The notes under the pieces: generated by a model
What the model was told of the DNA's origin: nothing
Seen by the model: the letters and a program-made list of their open reading frames with translations, nothing else
Databases searched by the model: none
Assembly: GCA_963830245.1 (NCBI GenBank)
Contig: CAWHNC010000090.1
Location: 59,187 to 123,186, forward strand
Source: Nitrospirota bacterium
Lineage (GTDB): Bacteria > Nitrospirota > Thermodesulfovibrionia > Thermodesulfovibrionales > Dissulfurispiraceae
Length of the DNA stretch: 64,000 bases
Direction: 5' to 3'
Shown here: positions 27,559 through 37,131 of the stretch, one piece after another
Layout: each line of letters starts with the position of its first letter
Numbering within the stretch: position 1 is the stretch's first letter
Translations under genes and position numbers: made by a program

Positions 27559-27948
27559 TCACCTGTTTTTCAGATTCCGCAAAATCTGTGAAAATTCGTT
27601 TTTGCCCGACTTACCGGTAGCAAGAGTAATCATGGCATCGTATAACATACCCGCTGGATCATCAACGGTGTTTCCGTTCATCTCCAGGAAAACAAGTGCA
27701 GACGCAAGTGCTGTTCTCTTATTGCCATCTATGAAAGGGTGGTTTTGTGAGAGATAAAAAGCATAGGCTGCTGCCATTTCGAAGATATCCGCATGGAGGA
27801 ACTGATCTGAAAATGATGCATAAGGCATAGAAACGGCTGAAATCAGCAAATTGATATCTCTTATTCCCTTTCCACCTCCGTATCGCTGGATCTGATCTGC
27901 ATGAATTTCAATCACTTCCGCGAGGGTGAGAAAAACAGGCGCTCTCAT
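27559..27948 (-). CDS. doc: type II toxin Doc (death-on-curing, Fic fold)
   Basis: Contains HPFIDGNKRTAL, the Fic/Doc motif. 129 aa. Confidence 0.85.
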   Translation of the reverse strand: MRAPVFLTLAEVIEIHADQIQRYGGGKGIRDINLLISAVSMPYASFSDQFLHADIFEMAAAYAFYLSQNHPFIDGNKRTALASALVFLEMNGNTVDDPAGMLYDAMITLATGKSGKNEFSQILRNLKNR

Positions 27949-27951
27949 CTA

Positions 27952-28176
27952 CTAGGCAAGTTTTCTGAGCGTTGTTTCATGTCGCTTGTTTACTTTCTCA
28001 AACGCTGTCTTGAACCTATTCTCCCTCCTTTCATCCTTTACCGGAGAAATTATCAGGTTTTTGCCGTCTGTCGTGATTTCAAGCGGTGTATCCATATCAA
28101 CCTTCAAAAGGTCAAGAATCGGTTTGTCTATTATCAGCGCTGCGCTATTGCCGTGCGAGATGAGCTTTTTAAGCAT
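27952..28176 (-). CDS. AbrB/MazE/SpoVT-type antitoxin
   Basis: MLKKLISHGNSAALIIDKPILDLL (swapped-hairpin pattern). Ends 3 nt before doc. GGAGG upstream of ATG 28176. Confidence 0.75.
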   Translation of the reverse strand: MLKKLISHGNSAALIIDKPILDLLKVDMDTPLEITTDGKNLIISPVKDERRENRFKTAFEKVNKRHETTLRKLA

Positions 28177-28368
28177 ATACACCTCCTCCTTTCTGTATAC
28201 ACATTGTATCACCAATAGCGATCTCCGTCAATAAACATGTGGGCGCAACTCGACCTGATAGCACTAGAACACTCCGTCCGTTGATTTTCAAAAACAACAA
28301 ACACCGTTGACAGGTCAGCAAACGCCGAACACGAGAAATGATCGGCTATCATGCCGCGCTTTGATTAG

Positions 28369-29724
28369 TTAACTGAAGATCTTGCCGGGGTTCATAAGCC
28401 CCCGCGGGTCAAACACCGCTTTTATCCCTTTCATGATCTCTGTTTCACGTTTCTTAATTTCCATGCCGAAATAGGGCGCCTTTGTCAGGCCTATTCCATG
28501 CTCTCCGGACAGGGACCCGCCCAGCCTGATGGTGCTTTCAAATATTTTCGACACAAGCTCAAGGCCACGCTTATATTCATCCTCATCACTTCTGTCAACC
28601 ATAATATTGACATGCAGATTTCCGTCTCCCGCATGACCGAAGGTTATTATTTTTATCCCGCTGCGTTCGGAGATACTGCGCAACTCCATAAGCATAATAG
28701 GGACTTTATCCCTGGGCACAACGATGTCTTCGTTGATTTTTGTCGGCTTGAGATGGTATAGAGCAGGCGAGATCGATCTCCTTGCCTCCCAGAGCCTTTC
28801 CGTTGCCATAGAGTCCTCTGCAACAATGACGTCCGCCCCCAGCGTCCTGCAAATATCTACAACGCGCTCGGCTTCTTTCCTGATGGTCGCCGGATAGCCG
28901 TCAATCTCAATAAGCAGCAATGCCTCGACATCGGTAGGCAGACCTATCGGCTTATAATTTTCAATGGCCTCAATGGCCGACTTGTCAAGCAGTTCCATAG
29001 TCCGGGGGATAATCTTCGAGGTGATTATTTTTGAAACAGCAGTGCCTGAAGCCTCCAGGCTGTTGAAGAGAACGAGAAGTGTCATAATATCTTCGGGAAG
29101 GGGAAGCATCTTGAGTCGAATTCTTGTGGACATTGCGAGTGTGCCTTCTGATCCGATAAGCAGGTTCCGCAGATCATAGCCGACCGCCCTTTTATGCGTT
29201 TTGCCTCCTGTCGCAATTAAAGTGCCGTCAGGCATTACAGCCTCGATGCCCATGACATAATCACGAGTTACTCCATATTTAAGCGCCCTTGGGCCACCGG
29301 CATTGGTTGCCACATTGCCGCCGATGGTACAGTTATTGAGACTGGCAGGGTCGGGGGGGTAAAAGAATCCCAGATACTCAAGCTCCTTCTGCAGTTTTCC
29401 ATTTATAATGCCGGGCTCGACGGTTACAGTCATATTCCTTGTATCGACATCGAGCAATTTTCGCATTTTCTCAAAGCTTATGACAATGCTGTTGGTTGCC
29501 GGAACAGATGCACCGGTCATGCCGGTGCCTGCGCCGCGGGCTACGATGGGATGGTTATTTGCAGCGGCAAATTTTATTACCTTAATGAGCTGGTCAGTAT
29601 TAACAGGCCATGCAACAGCGTGAGGCAGTACGGCTTCTGAACTTGATGAATCAAAACTGTAACATACCCGATCTTCTTTTTCTGTCGAGATTTCGACACT
29701 GGGAATAAGCGAGGCGTCTCTCAT
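28369..29724 (-). CDS. glcD: FAD-linked oxidase (GlcD / D-lactate dehydrogenase family)
   Basis: VARGAGTGMTGASVP FAD-binding PCMH motif and C-terminal GGSLSGEHGIGL...DPRGLMNPGKI. Confidence 0.85.
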   Translation of the reverse strand: MRDASLIPSVEISTEKEDRVCYSFDSSSSEAVLPHAVAWPVNTDQLIKVIKFAAANNHPIVARGAGTGMTGASVPATNSIVISFEKMRKLLDVDTRNMTVTVEPGIINGKLQKELEYLGFFYPPDPASLNNCTIGGNVATNAGGPRALKYGVTRDYVMGIEAVMPDGTLIATGGKTHKRAVGYDLRNLLIGSEGTLAMSTRIRLKMLPLPEDIMTLLVLFNSLEASGTAVSKIITSKIIPRTMELLDKSAIEAIENYKPIGLPTDVEALLLIEIDGYPATIRKEAERVVDICRTLGADVIVAEDSMATERLWEARRSISPALYHLKPTKINEDIVVPRDKVPIMLMELRSISERSGIKIITFGHAGDGNLHVNIMVDRSDEDEYKRGLELVSKIFESTIRLGGSLSGEHGIGLTKAPYFGMEIKKRETEIMKGIKAVFDPRGLMNPGKIFS

Positions 29725-29788
29725 AACTATGTAAAAATTATACTACTTAAGCCGTTGTTGTTCAAATTCAGCCCGCCGCTTAACTGTG

Positions 29789-30001
29789 CTAAGTCCTTGC
29801 CTTGACTTTTGCAGGGGACTTGAACCGCATCGCCTTCAGGCGTTTCCTCCTTGCTTCTCTCTGTTTCGCCTTTAATTTTTTCGATGGCTTAAGGTAAAAA
29901 CTTCTTTTCTTTATTTCCTTGAAAAGGCCATCTCTCTGCAGCCTGCGCTTCAGATCCTTGAGTGCCTTTTCTACATCGTTTCCACTAACATTTACCTGCA
30001 A
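29789..30001 (-). CDS. rpsU: 30S ribosomal protein S21
   Basis: (M)QVNVSGNDVEKALKDLKRRLQRDGLFKEIKKRSFYLKPSKKLKAKQREARRK. TTG start 5 nt after GGAGG. Confidence 0.8.
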   Translation of the reverse strand: MQVNVSGNDVEKALKDLKRRLQRDGLFKEIKKRSFYLKPSKKLKAKQREARRKRLKAMRFKSPAKVKART

Positions 30002-30002
30002 G

Positions 30003-30353
30003 TTACCTCCTTCCTCTTCCCGGCCCCCTGCTACCTGCACCTCCGCCAAAGCCGCCTGCTCCGCTTCCTCTTCTTGCTCCGAAACTGGGTTTGTTCCCTT
30101 TGGGAGCCTGAGGTTTTGCCTCGGCAACAGAGAGTGTTTTCTCCATAAATACAGTGCCGTTGATCGTCTCGATCGCTTTTTTTGCGTCTTCTTCCGTTAC
30201 CATCTCTACAAAGCCAAAACCCTTGGACCGTCCTGTATGGAAATCGGTTATAATGGTTGCTGTTTCAACCTCTCCCGTTTTCTCGAAGAGTTCTTTAAGT
30301 TCATCCTGTGTTGTTTTGAAAGAAATATTTCCAACGTAAAGTTTCTTGCCCAT
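30003..30353 (-). CDS. RRM-type RNA-binding protein with a Gly/Arg-rich tail
   Basis: RNP2 KLYVGNI, RNP1 KGFGFVEM and a C-terminal GGFGGGAGSRGPGRGRR tail. Confidence 0.85.
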   Translation of the reverse strand: MGKKLYVGNISFKTTQDELKELFEKTGEVETATIITDFHTGRSKGFGFVEMVTEEDAKKAIETINGTVFMEKTLSVAEAKPQAPKGNKPSFGARRGSGAGGFGGGAGSRGPGRGRR

Positions 30354-30375
30354 TTCGTATCTCCTTTCAAATAAA

Positions 30376-30413
30376 ATAAAAACCCCGGACCCTTTCTTTT
30401 AAAGTTTCCGGGG
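30376..30413 (-). terminator. terminator after smc
   Basis: On the minus strand, ccccgga and tccgggg form a stem followed by ttttt. Confidence 0.45.
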
Positions 30414-30527
30414 GTGCTTAACTTTAAAAGCCAACTAATCTAAGTATAATCTTATAACAGGCCTATTGTAAACATTTATTTCTGAAACATAAGTTCAGTG
30501 CGACTCCGTATTTATGAACTGAAGCAC

Positions 30528-33500
30528 TTACGGAATGTTTTCGATTTCAGCAAATTGCAGGGAAATTGCCTTTGATACGCCGGGTTCTTCCATAGTGATG
30601 CCATAAAGGTAGTCTGCCACTTCCATAGTGGACCTGTTATGGGTAATGACGATAAATTGCGTGTCCTTTGAAAGCCCCTTGATCGTCTGTGCAAACCGCA
30701 CGGTATTTGACTCATCAAGAGGGGCGTCCACTTCATCAAGTATGCAAAGTGGGCTGGGTTTTATCAGGAAACCGGCAAACAGGAGCGACAGAGAGGTGAG
30801 GGCTTTCTCTCCGCCTGAAAGCAGGTTCAGGTTCTGAAGCTTCTTGCCTGGCGGCTGAGCTATGATCTCGACACCTGACTCCAATATGTTGTCTTCGTCA
30901 GTGAGAATAAGATCTGCCCTGCCCCCTCCGAAAAGTGTCTGGAAAACCTCGGTGAATTTTGCCCTGAGCGCATCATATGCCTCCCGGAGCTTTCTTTTTG
31001 TAGAGGCATTAATCCTGCTAATGGCCTCTTCCAGTTCCGCAATCGAAAGAGTCAAATCCTGCTGCTGCTTTGTCAGGAAGTCATAACGGTTCTTGAGTTC
31101 TTCATATTCCTCAATAGTGCCGAGGTTTACGGGCCCCAGATCGCGTATTTTCTCGCTTAGTTGCCTGACCTGCTCCTCATCTTCGGCAAGGTCAAATCCC
31201 TCTGTTTCAATTTCCTGGTCCTTGATTGGGACACCGTATTTATTGGCAATAGAGCTTTCGATATTCTCTGCCCTCAGCCTGTTTTCAATAGCCTTTGCGT
31301 TTGCATCAGCCAACTGCGAGGATATGGCGTCGATTTCGAAACGCATGCTCTTGAGGGAGTTGTTCTCAGCAACAAGTGTCTGGCTTTCGGTATCTATCGC
31401 TTCCTTTTGCGATGCCCTCTCCCTGCGCATGACATCAGCGCCGATAACCAGCGTTTTTATGGCATCTTCATAACCCTGCAGTTCAGAAGCTGCCTTCGAA
31501 AGCTTCTGAGCAGCTTCATCTGCCTCCTGAAACGCCGCCTTCCTGCTCTGCTCAAGCTCTTTTAGCGCACCGGCAATACTTACTTTCTCCCTCTGCAGCG
31601 ACTCCATCTTTTCCTTGTGTGAAGTAATAGAGAGCTGCAGATCGGTCACCTCAGACCTAGCCGCCTCATATTCGGTCCTTACTGATCCAATGGAGTCCTG
31701 AAGCGCAGCTATACTATCGTTAAAAGAATCACTTTCTTTTTCAGAAAGGCCGATTTCTTCAGATTTTGCAGCAATCAGCATCAATAATGATTCTTTTTCC
31801 CCGGTGATCGTGGCGATTTCAGAATTAAGAAAAGAAATTTTCCTTTCTTTTCTTTCAGCTTCCTCATATAGGTTTTTCAGGGAATGTTCTGCTACCGACA
31901 GTTCCTTTTCAACAGCAACTAGAGTGTCCCCTGCATTTGTCAGCAGTTCATTATTCTCAGACATTAACCCTGATGCAACTGATAAATCGTTTTCAAACGT
32001 ATTGATAAGCGCTTGCTGCTTCAGGACGGCTGCCTGGAGTTCTTTTATCTCTCTCTTCCTCTTAAGTATGTCCTTACCCTGCCCGGCAAGGATTACTCCA
32101 TCCCTGTCAATGAGCTCACCATCAAGTGTAACCAGAGCATAATGCCGGGACGCCTTTTGATTTCTGAACGAAATAGCGCTCTGGAGGTCTCTCGCTATAA
32201 GAGTATTTTCAAGTATCCTGCCAGCGGGACCCTGCATTTCGCTGTTCTCAAAGCTTATAAAATCGGAAGCCTTCCCGATAATACCGGCAAGGGGTTCTTC
32301 AACTCCCGGCTCTGAATGCTCAAAATCGAACCCTGTGTAAAGGAGGGCTGTTCTGGCCAGATTCCTTTCTCTAATCACAGCCGTTGCAGCCAGTATGTCG
32401 TCAACGTTTTTCAGCAGGATCGAGTTTATCCTCTCGGAAAGTGCCGCCTCTATAGCTTTTTCGTATTCTTTTTCGGTGCTTATAATATCGGAAAGAACAG
32501 GGCAATCAGCCGAGAGCCCTGATGTTCCCTCTCCATCAGGGGCAGTCCGCCTGACAGCAGGCACAGCTTCTGTCAGCACATCCATGAGCGACTTGTCAAA
32601 AGCGAGTTCTTTTAACGAGTCCTCGCGCGCCAGGTTTGATGCCAATGACTCGCGTTCTGTTGCAAGAAGGCTTTTTTTACTTTCGATATCCCTGTTTAAA
32701 TTCTCTGTTTCAATCCTCAGCGCCTCTCTTTCAGACTGTATTGCCGAAAGCCTGTCCTTAAGTCCGGTGATATGCTCCGCCTCAGCCCTGATGAATTCTT
32801 CAGAAGCGGCAATACCGTTTCTTACTACTTCAAAGTCCTTTGCCGAGGCTGATTCGCGATACTGCAACGTTTCAAAAGAGGACTGGAGCTTGTGCAGTTC
32901 ATTCCTCTTTTGACTGACGATCTCTGAAACCCTGAACAGTTCCCTTCTTTTCTCTTCCAACCCGGACTCTTTGTCCCCGATAGAACTTTCAAGAGACAAA
33001 AGGGTTTCCCTTTTTTCGCCGAGTTCCTCGGTCAGTCCGGACATGCCGGAGGAGAAAGCACTTATATCTGCGTCAAGACCGCCAAGTTTTGTTATAAGTT
33101 CTTCATTTTTTTTATCAAAAACGCCCTGTTGGGCGGAAAGCCGCGCTATATCCGCTCCTCTGTTGTCTATTGCCGTCTTTAATATGGCTACATATTTCTC
33201 AGATTCGGAAATCTCCTTCTCTTTGCTGTAAAGAGAATTTTCGAGGTCGGCAAGCGTCTTTTCCTTGCCGGCCAGCTCCAGCCTCTTTGTTTCAAGCTGG
33301 TTTTCAAGCGAGGAGAGCGCACTCCTCTTTAATGAATCGGTTTCCTTTAATTTTTCTATTTCAACCGAAAGTTCTTGCATAATGCCGCTTAGGCGCATGT
33401 ATTCTCTTTTTGCAATCCTAAGGTCAATGCATGAAAGCTCACCGTTAAGACGTTTGTAGCGCTCCGCTTTTTTTACCTGCCGGTCAAGACTGTTTATCTG

Positions 33501-34133
33501 GCGTTTGACCTCATATACGATATCATTGATGCGCTGCAAGTTCTGTTTGGAAGATTCGAGTTTTGACAGCGCTTCGGTTTTCCTGACTTTGTATTTCATC
33601 ACCCCGGCGACTTCTTCTATCAGGAATCTCCTGTCCAGGGGCTTGGCATTGATTATTTCCGTAACCCTTCCCTGGTCCAGTATCGAATAGCTTTTGACGT
33701 CAAGGCCGGTGTCAAGGAAAATATCTTTAATGTCCTTTAGCCTGCATTGGCTTTTATTGAGCAGATATTCGCTTTCTCCCGAACGGTAGAGCCTGCGTGA
33801 AACAGAGGTCTCGTCTTTTGGCGAGCTTGTTTCCGACGTGCCTCCGTTATTGCCTTCAGCAGGCTGCTTCCCGGAAAAGAAGATTTGCATAGTGACCTCT
33901 GCCATGCCCTTCTGCTTAATGGTGGACGAACCCTGGAAGATAACTTCCTCCATCTTTTCACCGCGCAGGCTTTTGACGCTTTGTTCCCCCAGCACCCACT
34001 TGAACGCATCAACGACATTGCTTTTACCGCATCCGTTAGGTCCTACGATACAGGTAACGCCGTCGTGGAGCCTGATCACCGTTTTATCGGAAAAAGATTT
34101 AAAGCCGACAAGCTCTATCTGTTTAACCCTCAT
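30528..34133 (-). CDS. smc: chromosome segregation protein SMC
   Basis: 1201 aa. N-terminal Walker A GPNGCGKSN, long coiled coils, a hinge, LSGGEKALTSLSL, and Walker B ILDEVDAPLD. Confidence 0.95.
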   Translation of the reverse strand: MRVKQIELVGFKSFSDKTVIRLHDGVTCIVGPNGCGKSNVVDAFKWVLGEQSVKSLRGEKMEEVIFQGSSTIKQKGMAEVTMQIFFSGKQPAEGNNGGTSETSSPKDETSVSRRLYRSGESEYLLNKSQCRLKDIKDIFLDTGLDVKSYSILDQGRVTEIINAKPLDRRFLIEEVAGVMKYKVRKTEALSKLESSKQNLQRINDIVYEVKRQINSLDRQVKKAERYKRLNGELSCIDLRIAKREYMRLSGIMQELSVEIEKLKETDSLKRSALSSLENQLETKRLELAGKEKTLADLENSLYSKEKEISESEKYVAILKTAIDNRGADIARLSAQQGVFDKKNEELITKLGGLDADISAFSSGMSGLTEELGEKRETLLSLESSIGDKESGLEEKRRELFRVSEIVSQKRNELHKLQSSFETLQYRESASAKDFEVVRNGIAASEEFIRAEAEHITGLKDRLSAIQSEREALRIETENLNRDIESKKSLLATERESLASNLAREDSLKELAFDKSLMDVLTEAVPAVRRTAPDGEGTSGLSADCPVLSDIISTEKEYEKAIEAALSERINSILLKNVDDILAATAVIRERNLARTALLYTGFDFEHSEPGVEEPLAGIIGKASDFISFENSEMQGPAGRILENTLIARDLQSAISFRNQKASRHYALVTLDGELIDRDGVILAGQGKDILKRKREIKELQAAVLKQQALINTFENDLSVASGLMSENNELLTNAGDTLVAVEKELSVAEHSLKNLYEEAERKERKISFLNSEIATITGEKESLLMLIAAKSEEIGLSEKESDSFNDSIAALQDSIGSVRTEYEAARSEVTDLQLSITSHKEKMESLQREKVSIAGALKELEQSRKAAFQEADEAAQKLSKAASELQGYEDAIKTLVIGADVMRRERASQKEAIDTESQTLVAENNSLKSMRFEIDAISSQLADANAKAIENRLRAENIESSIANKYGVPIKDQEIETEGFDLAEDEEQVRQLSEKIRDLGPVNLGTIEEYEELKNRYDFLTKQQQDLTLSIAELEEAISRINASTKRKLREAYDALRAKFTEVFQTLFGGGRADLILTDEDNILESGVEIIAQPPGKKLQNLNLLSGGEKALTSLSLLFAGFLIKPSPLCILDEVDAPLDESNTVRFAQTIKGLSKDTQFIVITHNRSTMEVADYLYGITMEEPGVSKAISLQFAEIENIP

Positions 34134-34405
34134 AACCTATAATTGTACGGTGGTTTAAATAAAAGGGTCAAGTCAAAAAAAAGTCCCGGCAGCGGGTGAG
34201 TTTGTTGGTACGGTGGTCCGGAGCGAAAACAAGCTTACCCGGTACCAAAGCGGCTAATATTTGAATTAATTTTTTTTATTTGACGATTGACCCATCAGTA
34301 TATTAGCCTGTATTGTTCAGCTTTTGAAGTATTTATAAGTATCATTTTATCCATAATGTTTAATTGCAATCACTTTGTTTAAAACTCAATAAATAGGAGG
34401 TTTCT

Positions 34406-35590
34406 ATGCCAAAGAAATACCCGACACCACTGTTGGATGAGCTTGAAAAAGGTCCATTTCCAAGCTTCGTAACAGAAATCAAAAAGGCGGCTGTAAAAAA
34501 CGATATGGCTGCCGACGAGCTTGGACTGCTCGAAAAGTCGTACAGGGACAGGCGGGGCTACTGGAAGCACGGCGGCATCGTCGGTGTCCGCGGATACGGA
34601 GGCGGCGTTATCGGCAGATACTCATCACTCCCGGAGGAATTCCCGGCTGTCGCTAACTTTCACACCATCAGAATCAATTCCACCTCGGCATTCTTTTACA
34701 CATCGAAGTTCTTAAATGAAATGTGCGATATCTGGGACAAGTACGGAAGCGGCCTCACCAATATGCACGGCTCAACCGGCGATCTGGTTCTTTTAGGTAC
34801 CAACACTGAAAGTCTTGAGCCTATATTTGCTGAATTTTCGTCACGGGGCTGGGATTTGGGCGGTTCCGGGTCAGCAATGCGGACGCCGAGCTGCTGCGTA
34901 GGGCCGGCGCGGTGCGAATGGGCAAATATCGACACCCTTGATATCAATTATGCTGTCACCCAGGAATTCCAGGATGAGATGCACAGGCCTGCATTCCCGT
35001 ATAAATTCAAGTTTAAAACAGCGGGCTGCGCTGTGGATTGTATAGCTTCTATTGCCCGCGCCGACTGCTCCATCATCGGCACATGGAAGGGCTCTATCGC
35101 AGTCGACCAGAAAGAAGTTGCTGCTTATACAAAGGGCGGGATGAACATCCAGGAAGAAATCGTTGATATGTGCCCCAGCAAATGCATGAGCTTTAACGGC
35201 AAAGAATTAAAGATCGACGATGCCAACTGTGTACGCTGCATGCACTGCATAGCAAAGATGACAAAGGCTTTAAGGCCGACCGGTGAAAAAGGCGCCACCA
35301 TTCTTATCGGCAGCAAGGCACCCTTTGTTATCGGCGCCACTCTTTCCCATGTGATTGTTCCGTTCATGAAAATGGAGCCGCCATATACTGAATTGAAAGA
35401 ACTGGTCAGGAAGATGTGGGAATGGTGGGACGAGCACGGAAAGAACAGGGAGAGGATCGGCGAACTGATCATCAGAAGGGGCATGAGGGAGTTCCTTGAG
35501 TTCATCGGGGTTGATCCTATTCCTCAGATGGTGAAGGAGCCCAGAAGGGATCCCTTCTATTTCTGGACCGAAGCAGACTTACAGAAATAA
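34406..35590 (+). CDS. dsrA: dissimilatory sulfite reductase alpha subunit
   Basis: N-terminus PTPLLDELEKGPFPSFVTEIKK, siroheme/Fe-S Cys motifs and a ferredoxin insert CPSKC...CVRCMHC. Followed by dsrB and dsrD. Confidence 0.9.
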   Translation: MPKKYPTPLLDELEKGPFPSFVTEIKKAAVKNDMAADELGLLEKSYRDRRGYWKHGGIVGVRGYGGGVIGRYSSLPEEFPAVANFHTIRINSTSAFFYTSKFLNEMCDIWDKYGSGLTNMHGSTGDLVLLGTNTESLEPIFAEFSSRGWDLGGSGSAMRTPSCCVGPARCEWANIDTLDINYAVTQEFQDEMHRPAFPYKFKFKTAGCAVDCIASIARADCSIIGTWKGSIAVDQKEVAAYTKGGMNIQEEIVDMCPSKCMSFNGKELKIDDANCVRCMHCIAKMTKALRPTGEKGATILIGSKAPFVIGATLSHVIVPFMKMEPPYTELKELVRKMWEWWDEHGKNRERIGELIIRRGMREFLEFIGVDPIPQMVKEPRRDPFYFWTEADLQK

Positions 35591-35622
35591 CAATATATAT
35601 CTATCAATAAAGGAGGAAAATT

Positions 35623-36693
35623 ATGGCGTTACCACAAAGAAGAACAGATATAGGACCACCTCACTATAAGGACTATCTGCCGCCGGTAATCCAGAAAAAT
35701 TACGGGGACTGGAAGTATCACGAGGTCATCAATCCCGGAGTGATGGTCCATGTGTCCAACAAAGGAGAAAAAATCTGGTCGGTAAGGGTCGCTTCTCCAA
35801 GGCTCCTCAGCACTGATACTATAAGAGAGCATGCCGCTCTTGCTGAAAAATATTGCGGCGGGTATCTGCGTTATACAACCCGGCACAACGTCGAATTTCT
35901 TGTTTCTGATGAGAAGAACGTAGAACTGCTGCAGAAGGAACTCAAAAGCAAGAATTTTATGGTCGGCGGGATCGGCCCAAGGATAAGCAATATTGTCCAC
36001 ACACAGGGCTGGATCCATTGTCATTCTGCCGCATGTGATGCATCGGGTCTCGTCAAGGTGCTTATGGACGAGTTCGCTGATTATTTCACTACTAAAGAAA
36101 CCCCTAACAAGGTAAGATTGGCAGTTGCATGCTGCACCAATATGTGCGGCGCTGTTCACTGCTCCGATATAGCGCTGGTCGGTATCCACAGGAAAATTCC
36201 TACTGTTGAGGTCGACAAAATCAAAAACATGTGCGAGGTGCCATCCACAATAGCTGCGTGCCCGACAGGCGCAATCAGCCCTGATCCTGCAAATAAAAGC
36301 GTCAAGATCAAAGAAGAGAAATGCATGTATTGCGGAAACTGCTTCTCTGTCTGTCCGGCGCTCCCTATTGCGGATCCCGTGAATGACGGAATCGCTATTG
36401 TCGTAGGCGGAAAGGTCGGGAACCTGAGGAGCAACCCAATGTTCTCCAAATTAGCTATCCCTTACCTGAAGAACAATCCTCCGAGGTGGCCTGAAGTCAC
36501 TGCGGCTGTTAAAACGATCCTCGAAGCATACATCTCAGGTGCAAAAAAGCACGAGAGGGTGGGCGAATGGGTCGAGAGGATAGGCTGGGAGTCATTCTTC
36601 AAGACCACCAAGTTGCCGTTTACATTCCAGCATATTGACGATTTCACTATTGCAAAGGAAACATTCAGAAACTCATCTTCATTTAAATGGTAG
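35623..36693 (+). CDS. dsrB: dissimilatory sulfite reductase beta subunit
   Basis: [19 protein letters not shown]-terminus, plus [10 protein letters not shown] and CPTGA...[12 protein letters not shown]. Confidence 0.9.
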   Translation: MALPQRRTDIGPPHYKDYLPPVIQKNYGDWKYHEVINPGVMVHVSNKGEKIWSVRVASPRLLSTDTIREHAALAEKYCGGYLRYTTRHNVEFLVSDEKNVELLQKELKSKNFMVGGIGPRISNIVHTQGWIHCHSAACDASGLVKVLMDEFADYFTTKETPNKVRLAVACCTNMCGAVHCSDIALVGIHRKIPTVEVDKIKNMCEVPSTIAACPTGAISPDPANKSVKIKEEKCMYCGNCFSVCPALPIADPVNDGIAIVVGGKVGNLRSNPMFSKLAIPYLKNNPPRWPEVTAAVKTILEAYISGAKKHERVGEWVERIGWESFFKTTKLPFTFQHIDDFTIAKETFRNSSSFKW

Positions 36694-36707
36694 AATAAAA
36701 TACTGTC

Positions 36708-36737
36708 ATCATGGGTACGCAATCGCGTACCCATGAT
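36708..36737 (+). other. perfect 13-bp intercistronic hairpin between dsrB and dsrD
   Basis: atcatgggtacgc, loop aatc, gcgtacccatgat. No T-run follows. Confidence 0.55.
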
Positions 36738-36782
36738 AAGAACAGGTAAGTAAAAACTGCTAACCAAGGAAAGGTGCTATTC

Positions 36783-37001
36783 ATGGAAATAGAAGAGATA
36801 GAACAGAAGATATATGCGCTGGTCGAGAAGTCCGTCGGGAAAAAGAAGCTGAAATCGAGCGATATACAAAAGACGATTTCTGCAGAGGCAGGCGTAACGA
36901 GGGACGAGGTAAAGGCCGCACTGAGAGTTCTTGTTGATAGTGGAAAACTTATTTATACGTATTTCGGCGGAAGCTTTGTAGAGATACCGCCTCAGCAGTA
37001 A
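36783..37001 (+). CDS. dsrD: DsrD
   Basis: 72-aa winged-helix-like protein (KKLKSSDIQK...LVDSGKLIYTYFGGSFVEIP) directly after dsrB. Confidence 0.8.
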   Translation: MEIEEIEQKIYALVEKSVGKKKLKSSDIQKTISAEAGVTRDEVKAALRVLVDSGKLIYTYFGGSFVEIPPQQ

Positions 37002-37020
37002 GCAATAGCTTATAAATACA

Positions 37021-37072
37021 AAAAGGCAGGGCTGTCTATCTGAATCAGTAGATAGACAGCCCTGCCTTTTTT
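37021..37072. terminator. strong bidirectional intrinsic terminator after dsrD
   Basis: 17-bp perfect stem (37025-37041 with 37050-37066) flanked by aaaa and tttttt. Confidence 0.8.
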
Positions 37073-37131
37073 GCTTAGTGCTTCAGTTCATAAATTTATT
37101 GATAATGAGGGATAGGTTATAATAAATAACG

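Noticed and set aside
30628-34158. About fifteen plus-strand ORFs of 60-170 aa, Ser/Leu/Phe-rich, tiling the smc region.
   Set aside because: They are antisense to a 1201-aa SMC gene with unambiguous motifs. E/K/L-rich coiled-coil coding sequence generates long stop-free antisense frames. None has an RBS or recognisable motifs.
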